Positions 25,278 through 38,001 of a DNA stretch of 64,000 bases are shown here, one piece after another. Position 1 is the first letter of the stretch. Each line of letters opens with the position of its first letter. The notes below the pieces were generated by a model, which was not told the DNA's origin, did no database searches, and saw nothing but the letters and a program-made list of their open reading frames with translations. Both the position numbers and the translations under genes were made by a program. Origin of the DNA: Callorhinchus milii (taxonomy: Eukaryota); the NCBI RefSeq assembly GCF_018977255.1, contig NW_024704743.1, positions 106,766,001-106,830,000 of the forward strand, in the 5' to 3' direction.

Positions 25278-27845
25278 AATGCATAGTGCACCTGTTTCAG
25301 GCCAAGCCATTAAGATCATTATCACCTAAGCACATTTATGGGGCAATATAGGGTATTGGACTTGTGTGAATACAGTTAGGTACTAAGAGTAACTTTTGTG
25401 GGAAAATCTGGCGAATCTTAGGCTGATCAAGGTGAGAGATGCTTGTGTTGAGGAATGGAATATTTTCCCAGTTTTTTGTTTCTTCTAAAATTAGCATCTC
25501 TGGCACAGGTTAAATGCTCACTAGTTTATCCTTTGTCTACATTTGCCTTAACAATATTTTACCTTTGATCTCAGAACATCGCCACCTACTGCACTAATTG
25601 GGATTTCTTTTTGCTGTACCAGATATCCTTATGGGTTTGGAGTGAAACTGCCAATTCAATGCTAATTTGTGCTGAATTACGAGCAGTTTACTGCTTCAGA
25701 CTCTCGCCCACTGAGAATTGTATGGAGACTGCCCTAACCACAGTAGTTTTAATTGGAAGCGCTAGAGCTGTCTTCTCATCAAAGGAGTTTCCTGAAGGCA
25801 TAGTGTGATCTACTCTCTTATATAGAGGATATAAATGGGTACATTCAAAGAGCAGTGAATTGGTCTTAGAGCATTAGTGAAGGACGTGACATTGGTTTAG
25901 GTTTCATGGGCTGAATGACCTCTTCCTATGCATTAATTTCCATATTTTTTATAAACGCCATTGATCTAAGGATCACAGAGATTATTCCTGCTTTTTGAAA
26001 ACCTTTTGATATTTAAGAAACTCTTCACCTGACTACTGTATCTATCTTTGGAGGTTGGAGAAATTTCAGGTTCATTTCACCTTCAAAGTGCTTGCCTGTG
26101 ACAGTTCATCTCCTGATGAAGCTTCATTAAGGAAGGAGTGGGATGGGCTGAGGAGGCTTTTCTCATTCCATATTGTCTTGTAAAAGTGCCAGACCCTCAA
26201 AACCATGTGAAACATGAATGATTCAAACCTGATGGAGGGATCAGCAGATTTGTACACACAAAAATATACAGTCACTCTACAGTAAATCACATGAAGCACT
26301 TTTATGCTTTTATTTACTGTAAATGGACTGCAGCATTGAACTAAACAGGACAGACCTGTGACAAATAAACACTTCAGATGTCCTCCTGACATACAAGGCA
26401 CTATATCAAAGAAAAGGATTATTATTATTCTGAGGCTGATTATAACATGGGTACAGCTGTGACTGTCCTTAGGCATTTAAAAGCCCATCTAGAAGCTGTC
26501 ATTTGTGGTCTGTAAGGTTCTGGCAAAATAATAAATTGTAGTGGCTATTGAAATCTCATACCTTTGTCCAGATGTGCTTATTGTACTTCGAGGCAGCATT
26601 TAAATGATGGTTTATGGATTTACTCTGATTTTAACTGTTAAGAGCATCAAAAAAGCACACAAGAGCCAAGGTGGACTTTCAATGCATGTCTATTAATTAC
26701 TGTAAATGCTTCATCAATCTTTCACTCCATCAATATGTCGGGGTTTATATTTGCAGAAACATTACGATATTGCCTTCAGGTGTTCCAAGTGCTGTTCCGC
26801 TCTATTGCTTTATTTGTTGCAGGTCTGTCCTATTTAGTTCCCTGCTGCACTCGCTCATCACTGCACGCTCAGGGCTTTGAGATTTGGCAGATATTTTATA
26901 ATTAAACTTTGCTGACACATGTGGTGCAGCCTTTGGTTCATCTCGATCAATTTCCAATTATTTTCCCAAAGGTCCTACTTCATTCAGAAGAATTCCTTCT
27001 CCTACCCTTCTTCTCACCAGCCTTCCAACTTCATCTCTCTACCTCTCTCAGGAATCGATCCACATAAAATGTGTCAACGGGATCCCTTCACACTACAAAT
27101 TCAAAATTTCATTCACGGACTCGAGCCGCAGAACCATGACAAGTTTACAGGTTTGACATTTCACAGTTCCTTCAGGTTACATAATAATTGGCCAACTTCA
27201 GAATATTTCAGATTACTCTTTGGGTGAATGATTAAAATGATTAAAAGTTTTCCTTACTTTAAACTTCTATAAATTACATTTTAGAAATTGAAGAGGAAAA
27301 AATTACAGTAAATAAAACCAATAAAAGTGTACATCAAAAAGTCTATTGAGTTACACATATATTCCATTCAGCCAGGTAAATTCTTCTCTTAATGTAGTTG
27401 AGCTAGTTACTTGCTGTTAAGGTGTGAGTGTTCACTGAATATAAATATACACATTGTGATGCTTTACAACTGTGCAGCCAATTTCCCCTGAGCTGAGAGC
27501 TCCACATTCTTCTCCTTCTGTGCTACAGTGCTAGTCTTCCATGTGCTCTCCTAGGGGAAAGGCCAACCCTAGGAGATGGCTGATTTGCCATCTGCTTTTC
27601 AGCAGGGGATGTAGAAGGGCCGCTGCTAACGTTAGTAACAACTCCTAATAGTGGAGCATCAGTACCAGATGGCCTCAGTGTGAACTTCTCTTTGCTGTCA
27701 GATCTGTCAACACTTTCAGCTTGTGTGAGGGGCCATTATTGGCATTGCCCCATTGCCCTCCCACCTCTCCCCTTGAAGATCGAAATGCTCCTATGCAGCA
27801 TCATCCTGTAGCGAGTTCAGCACCCACTGGCTTCAGATCGGTTTG

Positions 27846-28159
27846 AGAGCTGTAGCTCAGTGGTTAGAGCACTCGCTTTGCAAGTGAGAGACCTGAGTTC
27901 AATTCCAGGCAGGGCGAAACTTTGGGCAAGTTTCCTTACTCCACACGCCTAATAATAATCCCTCCAAAAACCCAAAACAATAATTAACTTGGTCATTTTC
28001 AATCCATGACTGTTTGTGGGACATTGCTGTGCGCAATTGGCTGCCGCGTTCGCCCACAAATATACAGTCAATTCACTTTACAGTGTGTTCTGTGAAGCGC
28101 TTTGGGACGTCCTCCCGACGTGAAAAGCGCTATATCAAATGCAAGGATTATTATTATTA
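27846..28159 (+). mobile_element. Young tRNA-Ala SINE, short form, ctcccgac-loop subfamily
   Basis: A box tagctcagtgg, B box gttcaattcc, (tta)n tail. Confidence 0.95.
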
Positions 28160-28470
28160 GAGCTGAATGGTGGAGCGCCAGCCTGTTCCACATCCCCAGC
28201 CCACCCCATCATCAGCGATGGGCCTTCAGCCTCTCTGCCCCTACAATTTGGAACTCCATCCCACATTCCCTTCGCCTTGTTCCCTCCCTTGCTTCAAGGC
28301 CCCTCTCAAGACCCTCCTCTTTGACTGTGCCTTCGGCCACCCTCCTACTGCCCCTGCCCTCCACCCTCCCTGATCCCACCACCCCCTGTTCTGGTACAAA
28401 TCACTGACTGTCCAGCGTCTTGGAATGTCCTCCCGATGTGAAAGGCACTACACAAATTAAATTTTGTATT
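28160..28470 (+). mobile_element. L2 3' fragment
   Basis: WAFSLSAPTIWNSIPHSLR, FKAPLKTLLF; tail ggaatgtcctcccgatgtgaaaggcac. Confidence 0.9.
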
Positions 28471-29384
28471 GTATTATAAATGAGCTTCTAGAGTTAGACC
28501 CCCATCTGATAGTGTTATCTGCAGTCTGGCCCTCAGCGAGTTAAGCCAGGCCTCAATCATGGTGGTGCTTACATTCATGCGGTGCTCGCACACTCTCGGT
28601 TGCCTATGTCATTTCAAAGCTCAAAGCAGACATGCATTTCCCATAACATCAATTGTTTGACGTACAGTAGGATTGCTTTCAGAGTATTGAAGTCCTTCAG
28701 GAGATACAAGCCATCTCACAAAGTACTATGGAGTGAGAGGAGTGAATGCCCATTGTTCTTCCCTTGTTTACTGCTACCCCTGGCTACATGGTAGCTCCTC
28801 TCACCCTACACTCTCACACTTTTCTCACTCACCTCTACACCTTTTGTTCCCCCTGAAAGCCCAGCCTCTGTCCTGTTTTCTGAATGAATTGCTTGCTTCA
28901 GTTCTGGACAGAGAAAGCTCAGGTTCTGTGTGCTTCCTTCTCTCTGAGGAGCTCTTCCCTTTTTTTAATGGCTTGTGAAAAAGTAGAGAAACATATTTAA
29001 GATTCAAATCACATTTGCCCCTTGGGGGATTTACATTCCTCCTAGGTTTGACACATATTTCAATCATACAGATATATTTTGCATTTCCAATTTTGCCTAT
29101 TTTTTCAAGTGGTTTAAATTTGCTGCTGAATGCATAAGGTGGTATCTTCATTGTAACATCCAAACAACCAGAACTTTTTTCTCCTCCAACAAACCCAATT
29201 TGTCTGTGCTCTGCTGATTATTAAAGACTTGGAAGTGATGAGTTATAACTTTTGTAGCTGTACGTTGACTAATATTGTGGGCAATGTACAGTACATTGTC
29301 ACACAGAGAGTTGTTTGGATGTGGATTGGCCTGACAAGTAAAAAGGTAGAAAAAAAAGTCCATTGTGGATTTCAAGAGGATAGT

Positions 29385-29697
29385 GTAATAATAATAATAA
29401 TAACCTTGCATTTGATATAGCGCCTGATCACATTGTCAATCCGTTACAAAGCGCTTAACAAGATTCACTGTAAAGTGGATTGTGTCTTTTTTTGTCGGTG
29501 AAATGGGGCAGCCAATTGTGCACAGACATGTCTCAAAACAGCCATAGAGGTAGCAATCAATTTTACTTGGAAGATTTGTTGGCCAGGCCCCTGGGAGAAA
29601 CTCCCTTCTCTTTTCAAATTGTGCCAAAGGACATGGGACTTGAACCCACAATCTTTTGACTCAGAGGTGAGAGTGCTACCATTGAATCAGGCTGACA
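29385..29697 (-). mobile_element. Deu-domain SINE with internal deletion
   Basis: Head gtcagcctgattcaatggtagcactctc, partial body, (tta)n tail. Confidence 0.75.
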
Positions 29698-30163
29698 GGT
29701 ATATGAAAGATAAAGGTTTGAAGAGGGACTGGGGATTTGGAAGGACAGAAGGATTGAATGGACAGCTTCCTCTCAGAGCCAGTAGAGTCTCAATGCGCCA
29801 ATTGACCTCTTTCTGCGCAATAAATTTCTATGATTCTATGAATAAAACGATTGATGACACAAACCCATTATGAGGTGTAAAATGTGACATTTAATGCCAT
29901 AATCTTACCAGCGAAGATTATTCAGCTTTCCTTTGTGAACCTTCAGGTCGTTGATAGAAAATTAATTCAGACACCTTCACAAACCCAAAATTGCTGTGTT
30001 AATTGTAAGTGAAATTACATGATTCGTTAACAAATTCAATAGCCTTATAATTCCCCTCAAATGTTCCACTTCCCCCAACAATGAAATTAGTTCCCATCAA
30101 CTCAGGCTAAAATTATGCCAAAGCCTGATAGTTTTCCAATAAAACTCTCCCGAGTTACTTTTT

Positions 30164-30962
30164 ACAACAACTTACATTTATATAGCGCCCTTCATGCAGG
30201 GTAGTGTCTCAGAGCAATTAACAGTGCTTGACCTCAAGCCAGGGAGAGGGCTGTTGAGGAGTAAAGTCTTCAGGTGTGATCTGAAGACAGGCAAGGAGGA
30301 GGCAAGGCAAAGGGATTGAGGCAGAGAGTTCCATAGTTTGGAGGCGTAATGGCTGAAGGCACAACTGCCGATACTGGAGCGGAGGGGACAAGGGATGTGC
30401 AGGAGGCCAGAGCCAGCTGAGCACTCGGGGCAGGTAGTGGAATAGAGTATAAGCATGTTGGAGAAGTAGGGAGGTGACAGGCCATGAAGTGATTTATACA
30501 GGAGTGTGAGGATCTTGAAATCAATCTGTTCTGTAATAGGGAATTCTGTAACGTAGTGGTTAGACCACTCGTCTCACAAGTGAGAGGACCTGGGTTCATT
30601 TTCCGGGCTGGACAAAACCTTAGGCAAGTGTCCTTACTCCACACTACCTACCAGTAAGTAGGATTACTTTTCTAGGGGTAATAATCCTTCAAATAAAATA
30701 AAAATAATAATAATTTGGTTACTCAATCCATGACTGTTTGTGGGATACCACTGTGCACAATTGGCTGCTGCGTTTCACCCATAAAATATACAATTAATTC
30801 AGTTTACAGTATATTCTGTGAAGCGCTTTGAGATGTCTAGAAGACTTGATAAGGTGCTATATCAAATGCAAATGCAAGGTTTATTATTAGAGCCAGTGGA
30901 CTGGGGTGATGGGGCTACAGAGTTTGTATGAGTGAGGATACAGACTGTGGAGTTTTGAATTA
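30164..30962 (-). mobile_element. L2 3' fragment split by a plus-strand long-form SINE (30543-30889)
   Basis: AFSHYASKLWNSLPQSL...FRSHLKTLL; L2 sequence resumes at gagccagtgga after the SINE tail. Confidence 0.9.
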
Positions 30963-31521
30963 CAGTAGTTAGATTTTGTGAATTTTGTGGATTTTTTTAC
31001 CAAACCATCAAGAAATGCAATGGCTTGGTTCGGCATTGTGCCAGATTTTATGGATTCTATTGAATGAAATGATTAAACTAATAATGCTGTACAGGACTTT
31101 TATAGAACTATATTGTTCTTCTGAAGTGAGACAATTGTAGGGTTATTCTGAAATGAGACCATTATATCTTTCCTCTGAAGTCAGACCATTGTGGGTTCTG
31201 TCTGTAATTTGTTTTGGCAAATAGCCTGTGTTGAGCACTAAGAGGGCAGTCTCTTTAAACTGTACACAGCTTGTCATTGTGATGGATCCCAGAGCGAGGG
31301 ACATTCATTCATTTCAACACTCTTCAACTCAACGTTAACCAGTCATATCCCTGCATTTGTAACAAGCTTTTCTTATCTGAAATGATTCCAGAATCATATA
31401 GGTCAGCGTTCTTCACATATTGATTTAAAGGAGATATAATGTCTACAGGGGAGGGACTGCAGTTTTGGGTAACCACTTAGAATAGACTAAATAGACTAAA
31501 CCAATAAAACTTCTGTACAGC

Positions 31522-32110
31522 AACAACAACAAAATTACATTTGTATAGCACCTTTCACATCGGGAGGATAACCCAAGGCACTGGGCAGTCAGTGTTTCGG
31601 ACCCGAACTTGGATCGGGGAGGGTGGAGGAGTGGGGGAAGGAGGGTGATCGAAGGCACGGTCGAAGAGGAGGGTTTTGAGATGGGTCTTGAAGGAGACAA
31701 GGGAGGGGTGAGGCGGAGGGACTGCAGGATGGAGGGCTTTGAAGGTGAGGACCAGGATCTTGAACTGTATCCTCTGTGTGATGGGAAGTCAGTGGAGTCG
31801 GTGAGGATGGGGGTGATAGGGTTACGGAGCCTGGTGCGGGAAAGGACACGGGCTGCAGAGTTCTGAATGACCTGCAGCCTATGGAGGGAGGAGTTGGGGA
31901 GGCCGATAAGCAGGGAGGTTGCATAGTCAAGTTTGGATGTTATGAATGTGTGTATGAGGGGCTCGGTGGCCTGCGGGTGTGAGACAGAAGCGGAGCCGGG
32001 CGATGTTGCGGAGGTGGGAAAAAGCAGAGCCGGTCATGGCACAGATGTGGGGTGGAAAGGATAGTTGAGTGCCGAATAAGATGCCAAGGTTCCAGACTGG
32101 CTTAGTAAGT
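31522..32110 (-). mobile_element. L2 3' fragment with a 161-bp internal deletion
   Basis: Collinear with 51740-52500 apart from the segment between two atggag hexamers. Confidence 0.9.
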
Positions 32111-32559
32111 ATGATTGTATATAACCAGGAGTTTCAGATACTCAGTAATGTAATGGTGTCTGACTTCTTGAATGGCTTAGCGAGCAAAGGCACCACAAGG
32201 TTCTAATGACGCTGAGCTCTACAGGCTATCAAGTAACAGATTGGATTTCCAGCCTACACTGAGTTTATTGTGCTCAGGAAGGTACTTCAGTTGGCATTTG
32301 CAGGAGTCAGATCCTTCCGAGGAGGAGATGGGGAGAAAATTGGGGTGAATGGGAATGAAAAATTGGAAACTGCAAATTCTGTTATTAATTTGCTCAATTG
32401 TTAATATGCAGAACTGGGATTGTTTCCAGAGTGACCTTTATACAAGAGGTTCACATTTACTTTCAAAAATAAATGATAAAAATCTTAATTTCCTGTAAAT
32501 ATCAAAATGGTTTGAACTCTCCTGATGTCCTGCGAGTAACTCACAAGATCATGAGAGGT

Positions 32560-33500
32560 TCAGGTGATGATGGGCTTTGGCCCAATTGTCCTCACTCTTC
32601 CAGAAAACCACCCTACTGCCTAAACCCTCACTGCATGTGACTGTTTCCCAAATGAATGCAGCATCGTATGTCATCAACATGTCTTGAATATGGACAAGAC
32701 GGAAGCCATACTCTTTGGCTCCCATCAACATCTTCACTCCTGCTGATCTAAACTCCTCAACCTCCCTGGGCTCTCCCTCAGACTCATCGAACCAGTGTGC
32801 AACCTAGGCATCCGGTTCGACCCCCAACTGTCCTTCCTCCCTCACATCCAGTCCCTGACCAGGACCGCCTTATTCTACCTCTGCCACATTGCCTGCCTCC
32901 AACCGCACTTTACCCCAAATGGAGCCGAAACCCTCGTGCATACGTTTGTCACCTCCCACTTAGATTACTCCAATACACTCCTCACCAGTCTCCCCAGCTC
33001 CACCATTCACAAGATCCAGTTCATTCAAAACTCTGCCGCCCGCATACTGACCCGGACCAAACTCCGTACCCTCATCTGACCAGTTCTGGCTATGCTCCAC
33101 TGGCTCCCCATCAGCGAACGGATCAACTTCAAGATCCACACTCTTGAGTTCAAATCCCTTCACTCTCTGGCACCTCCCTACCTCTCCGACCTCCTCACTC
33201 CCCAAGCCACCCTCCAGCGCCTCCGCTCGACTGGCACTGGTTTCCTGCTCGTCCCTCGCACCCTCCACTCTACTATCAGATGTCGCGCTTTCAGCCGCTA
33301 TGCCCCAAAACTCTGGGGCACTCTCCCTCAATCCCTCCGCCTTGGCCCCTCCCTCCCCTCTTTCAAGTCTCCCTCTTCCTCTTACAGCCACCTTCCCCCT
33401 CCCTCTGGCTCGGAGTCAGGCTCCACCACTGTTAAGCACTCTGAGATACTACCCTGCGTGGAGGGTTCTATATAAGTGCAAGTTGTTGATTTTGTTGTTG
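32560..33500 (+). mobile_element. L2 3' portion (RT thumb and C-terminus)
   Basis: NLGIRFDPQLSF...ETLVHTFVTSHLDYSN...IQNSAARIL, LHWLPISERINFKI; (ttg)n tail. Confidence 0.95.
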
Positions 33501-34079
33501 TTAAAAGCATTTCACAAGATTTTTTTATTTGTAAGATGTAACAACTGTATATTTTGTAGGTGAACATGGCAGCCAATTTGTGCATAGCAATGGCCACAAA
33601 TGGCCATGAAGCAAATCACCAATTTTATCTGGAGGACATACCAAACATATTTCCATACCAAGTGATCACACGTGATGTCATGATTATTTCAACACAAAGA
33701 AACAGTATCAGTGGAAAGCGGAAAAGACAAAGGTTGACTATATTGAACCAGATTGGGTTTTCGCACCAATTTAATCCTGCTCTCAGGCATCTGCCGCTCC
33801 AGCTCATGGCAAGATGAATCTGTGCCTCTAGTTGCCCTCCCTCGTGGAAAACATATCTTTGTCCTCCAGCCTCTTCAATAACATGGCTAAGACCAGGAAG
33901 CTACCACGTGGAGAATGGAGCCCATATCCCACTCTGCTCTGGTGTGCCCTTCGGGAGCGCTGCGCTGCCTCTTGTAATTTTTAAAAAATACATAATTAGC
34001 AGCTTTGTTCCGACTTGCTGAGAGAGCCACCTGAAAGCACTGGCATCTGCCACTTCATTCAGTGTGAAGAAGGCTTCCC

Positions 34080-34093
34080 GTTTCCATGGAAAC
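34080..34093. promoter_or_regulatory. Perfect palindromic RFX X-box
   Basis: GTTTCCATGGAAAC within non-repetitive, CpG-retaining sequence at 33890-34340. Confidence 0.45.
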
Positions 34094-34829
34094 AGGAGAC
34101 TGGCCTGCGTTCGGTGTTCCAACTGAAAGCCAATGTGTGCAGATTGAGGATAAAGGGCTGGTGACACAATCCTCACATGCTCAGGGGAGCAAGGCCAGCT
34201 TTGTGCACAAATTACTTTTGTGAGTAAATAAAAATACTTCCAGAAACCGGTGTTTTCTTTTAATGAGCTCACAAGGCCACATGCCACCTTGGGTAACAAT
34301 GTAGTGCAGATTATATAATACGTGCACAGACGCAGAGTTTACTTTTTTATGCACTTTATTTTGTTAGAACAGAGCAGAGACCTTCATTTTTTTATGGAAC
34401 CAGAGTACATCAAAACAACACCCTTTATATATTATATAACGTCCTTCATGCTGGTTATCGTAGGAAAATGTCTGAAAGCACTTATCTCTAAAATCTCAAA
34501 AATCTACTATGGTTATAAGTTAAAGATCCAATGGTATTCCTTGGCGCAGATAACATATTTAGTGAGAGCTGGGTGTGTTTTCTTTCCTCCATTGCTCCAG
34601 GAAGATTCCACACTTGATGTTCAAGCTGGTTAAATTACAGCCATACTTTAACGCACACTCAGGGATCCCCAAGACTTGGCTCTTGCTAACCTGCAACGAA
34701 TACTCTTCAGAATTCGGTAAGCAGGCTGCATCCCTCTGTGGAGGAAGAGTGCACATTCCATTCCAAATTGGAAACCAGCTGTCTCTATGGCTTATTCGGT
34801 TACAGGTGTCGGGATTTTGAACTCATAAA

Positions 34830-35470
34830 GTTTAGCTGGATGACTCTTCAGTGTAGTGCTTGGATTGTAGGAGCTGCTGTCTTTCGGATGAGCCGTTAAA
34901 TAGAGGTCCTATCCACCTGTACAGATGGATGTTAAGGAGGGGAGTTTCTCCTTCTACCTTGGCCAACATCCCCTGAATAACTATTGGCTGTTTACTTGAC
35001 AGCTCCCCATCCTCTAGAAATAGAATTCAAGATCCTCATCCTCGCCTTCAAGGTCCTCCACGGCCTTGCTTCTTCCAATGTCTGTGACCTGCTAACCCCA
35101 TTTCAACCTGTCCGCTCCCTCTGCTCAGCAGGCTGCGGCTCCCTTCGCTTTGTTTCCTCCCTTGTCTCCTTCAAGACATGTCTCAAGACCCTCCTCTTTG
35201 ACTGCGCCTTCGGCCACCCTCCTACCCTCCCTGCCCTCCACTTGCCTGATCCCAATCCCCTGCTCAGGTCCAAACCCTGACTGTTCAGTGCCTTGGGATG
35301 TCCTACCAATGTGAAAATGTGAAAGGCGCTTTTCAAATGTAATTGTGTATTGTATGGCTGTTTGTAAGACAGTCGTGTGCACAAATTGGCTGCCACATTC
35401 ACCTACAAAATACATACTTTACAGCATGTTCTGTAAAGTACTTTAACACATTCACCCAATGTAAAAGACT
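34830..35470 (+). mobile_element. Deu-domain SINE split by an internally deleted L2 3' end (about 35005-35345)
   Basis: Deu body to 34990, L2 piece IEFKILILAFKVLHGLA, SINE resumes at ggctgtttgtaagacagtc. Confidence 0.8.
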
Positions 35471-37389
35471 CTATAAAATTGCAAAGATTTTTCTCCACAG
35501 ATTTCATGCCCTAACTATTTATTACTAAGTGCTATGGAGCACCGCACTCATTCATTTTTGCAAATATTTAATCAAACCATGCTTGAAAAGAGAAGGATGT
35601 TTCTCCCTGGGCCCTGGTCAACAATCCCCTCTAAAAAAAAATGGGGCATTCACTTCATGACTGCATTCTGCAAAGTGGCTGTTGCATTTGCCTACAAAAT
35701 ACACAGACACTACATTTTTCAATAAATGCTATGAATCACTTTGAGACAACCTCCTGAAGTGAAAAGTGCTGCATCAAAATACAAATACTCAGGTAAAGAC
35801 CAAATAAATGCTTTCTGCTCATTCATCTCCATTTTTAACACCTCAGCAAATGTGCACTGATAGAAATCCACATATAGGCACTGGACAGGCTCAATTCTTG
35901 TTTTCATTTCATGAATTGCCCAACTCTACCTCCTTACATTGAAACAAATACATGCAAAGGAACAAAAGTAAATCATTAAATTCTGGAGTTCAATTGCGTA
36001 TGGACTCATCAAATCTTATTCTTACATTTCACCAGCCCTCAGTTGAATTATAAATCTCTTCTGTTATTCTCCATAACCATTTGCGTCATACTATATTGCT
36101 ATTTAAAACATTTTTCTTCACATTTCTGTCATTTATTATCAGCAGTGGCAGCTTGGGCAAACTTGCTAAAATATTAAAGGCTGAAAATATTTTGAGACAG
36201 CAGGAAGTTATCTATAGCTTGCAATTTATATTTTAGTAGCGCAAGTTAAATAGTAAATTGGAAGCATTAACTGTACTTTAATTAAACAGCAAAAGATTTA
36301 AAATGTACAGTTAAGTAACACATTTTGAATTTAATTGATGCTTTGCATTGACTGGAAACAATGCAGGGTTTTGATTAAATTTATGGTGTGAGTAGGCTTT
36401 AGTAAACCTAATTTTACTTCCATCTCATTACCCACGACAGCATAATCTAGCTCTGACATAGCAACAGTTCAATGCACTGCTCACTTCCATATATAAATAG
36501 CACAGATATGCACAAGACTGCTGTTGGGGTAGTTAAACACTTTTATTTGGCATGATGCTGTGCAGAAATGGACTGTCTTGTTTGCCTGCAAATATACAAT
36601 CACTACACCTCACTGCACTACAAAATTCTTTGAGATGTCTAGACCATGTGATAAGGCGCTATATTAAATGCAAAGATTATTATTATCTTATTATTACAAT
36701 GAGATACAACGATACTCTTAAAATAGAGACTTTTTTCTGGGGCTTCTGAAATGTGTTATGTTATCCCCTAGACTCAAAAATGCAGGATTAAAATTCTGGT
36801 GTTTCTAAATCCATTCCATCCCTTAATTGCTGCTAATATTGATTAAGGAAAGGTACAGAAAATGCAGTTAAAAACTGTATATAAAGACTCTTAAGTGTTC
36901 CGAGATGCTACCCCACATGAAGGACTCTAGAAAAATGTAAGCTTTTGTTGTTGTTGAACTCGATACCCTCATGATATGGGGGAGGATGTTTTCTCTTTGT
37001 CAACCCATTTCAATATTGAAATGCCACCATCTTTCCTATTTTAACAAAAGTTTTTTTATTTAGAAAAATAAATACAAGCCATATTTCAAACCATAATTGA
37101 AAATATTTCAATTTTGCAAAGAAATTGAAACACACTCTCCGACAGCCCAATTGTAGATGTTCCTGATCCTGTGAAGAAGGGGAAGGAGTTATCTGATTCT
37201 TTTGTCAACATTTTTGCTGTGCACAAAGTGATTTGAAGTGATTTACATTGTAGGTGCATTATGAAATGGAAAAATAGATTTTCCAAACACAAGTTTTCAT
37301 ATCCTGTAGTTGGGATGTCCTCCTAATGTGAAAGGCACTATACAAATGTAATTTTGTTGTTGTTGTTGATGTTTTCGAGTTCAGGCTGG

Positions 37390-37575
37390 CACTCAAAAGA
37401 TTGAGGTGGCTAGATATCAAGACTGAGGTGGATAGATATTTGTTAGGTATGGGTATCAAGGGATTTGGAGCAAGGGCGAGTAATTGGAGTTAAGGGTACA
37501 GATCAGCCGTTTCTTATAGAATGGTGGAACAGGCTCAAAGGGCTGAATGGCTGACTTCTGTTCCTATATTCCTTA
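37390..37575 (+). mobile_element. CR1 3' end
   Basis: KTEVDRYLLGMGIKGFG plus UTR gggctgaatggctgacttctgttcctat. Confidence 0.85.
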
Positions 37576-37659
37576 AAGGGCAATAGTGAAATATTTCAGG
37601 AAAAATAACATCGAAGGGTACAGTGAAACAGTATGAGCACACAATGACTAATCATTATC

Positions 37660-38001
37660 AAAATGCAAAATATTGCAGATGCTGGAAATCTGAAATAAAA
37701 ACAGAAGTGGCTGGGAACACTCAGCAAGTTGGGCAGCATCTATGGAGAAAGGAAAGTGAGTCAATGTTAATATTAATTAAGGAATGATACAGAAAATGCC
37801 TATCATCCTCTGTCCTCTACCCCATTTTCTCCTTTGTCTCCCTTGTCCTACTTCCCCCCTTTCTGTTACCCCTTCAAAGCCTCTCCCTCCCAACATGCCC
37901 CAGTTCTTACGAAGGGTCGTGGACCCGAAATGTTGACTCACTTTCTTTTCTCCATAGATGCTGCCTGACCTGCTGAGTGTTCCCAGTGACTTCTGTTTTT
38001 G
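37660..38001 (+). mobile_element. Short Penelope-like insertion consisting only of pseudo-LTR arms in inverted orientation
   Basis: Inverted arm 37660-37768, main arm about 37797-38001 homologous to the reverse complement of 3335-3535. 15-bp TSD tgactaat(c/a)attatc at 37645-37659 and 38002-38016. Confidence 0.85.
37902..37938 (+). ncRNA. Minimal type I hammerhead-ribozyme-like motif, mutated and probably inactive
   Basis: agtt-CTTACGA-a-GGGTC gtg GACCC-GAAA-tgtt-gact: the CUGANGA core has G to U, stem II is perfect, stem I is agtt/gact. Confidence 0.6.
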
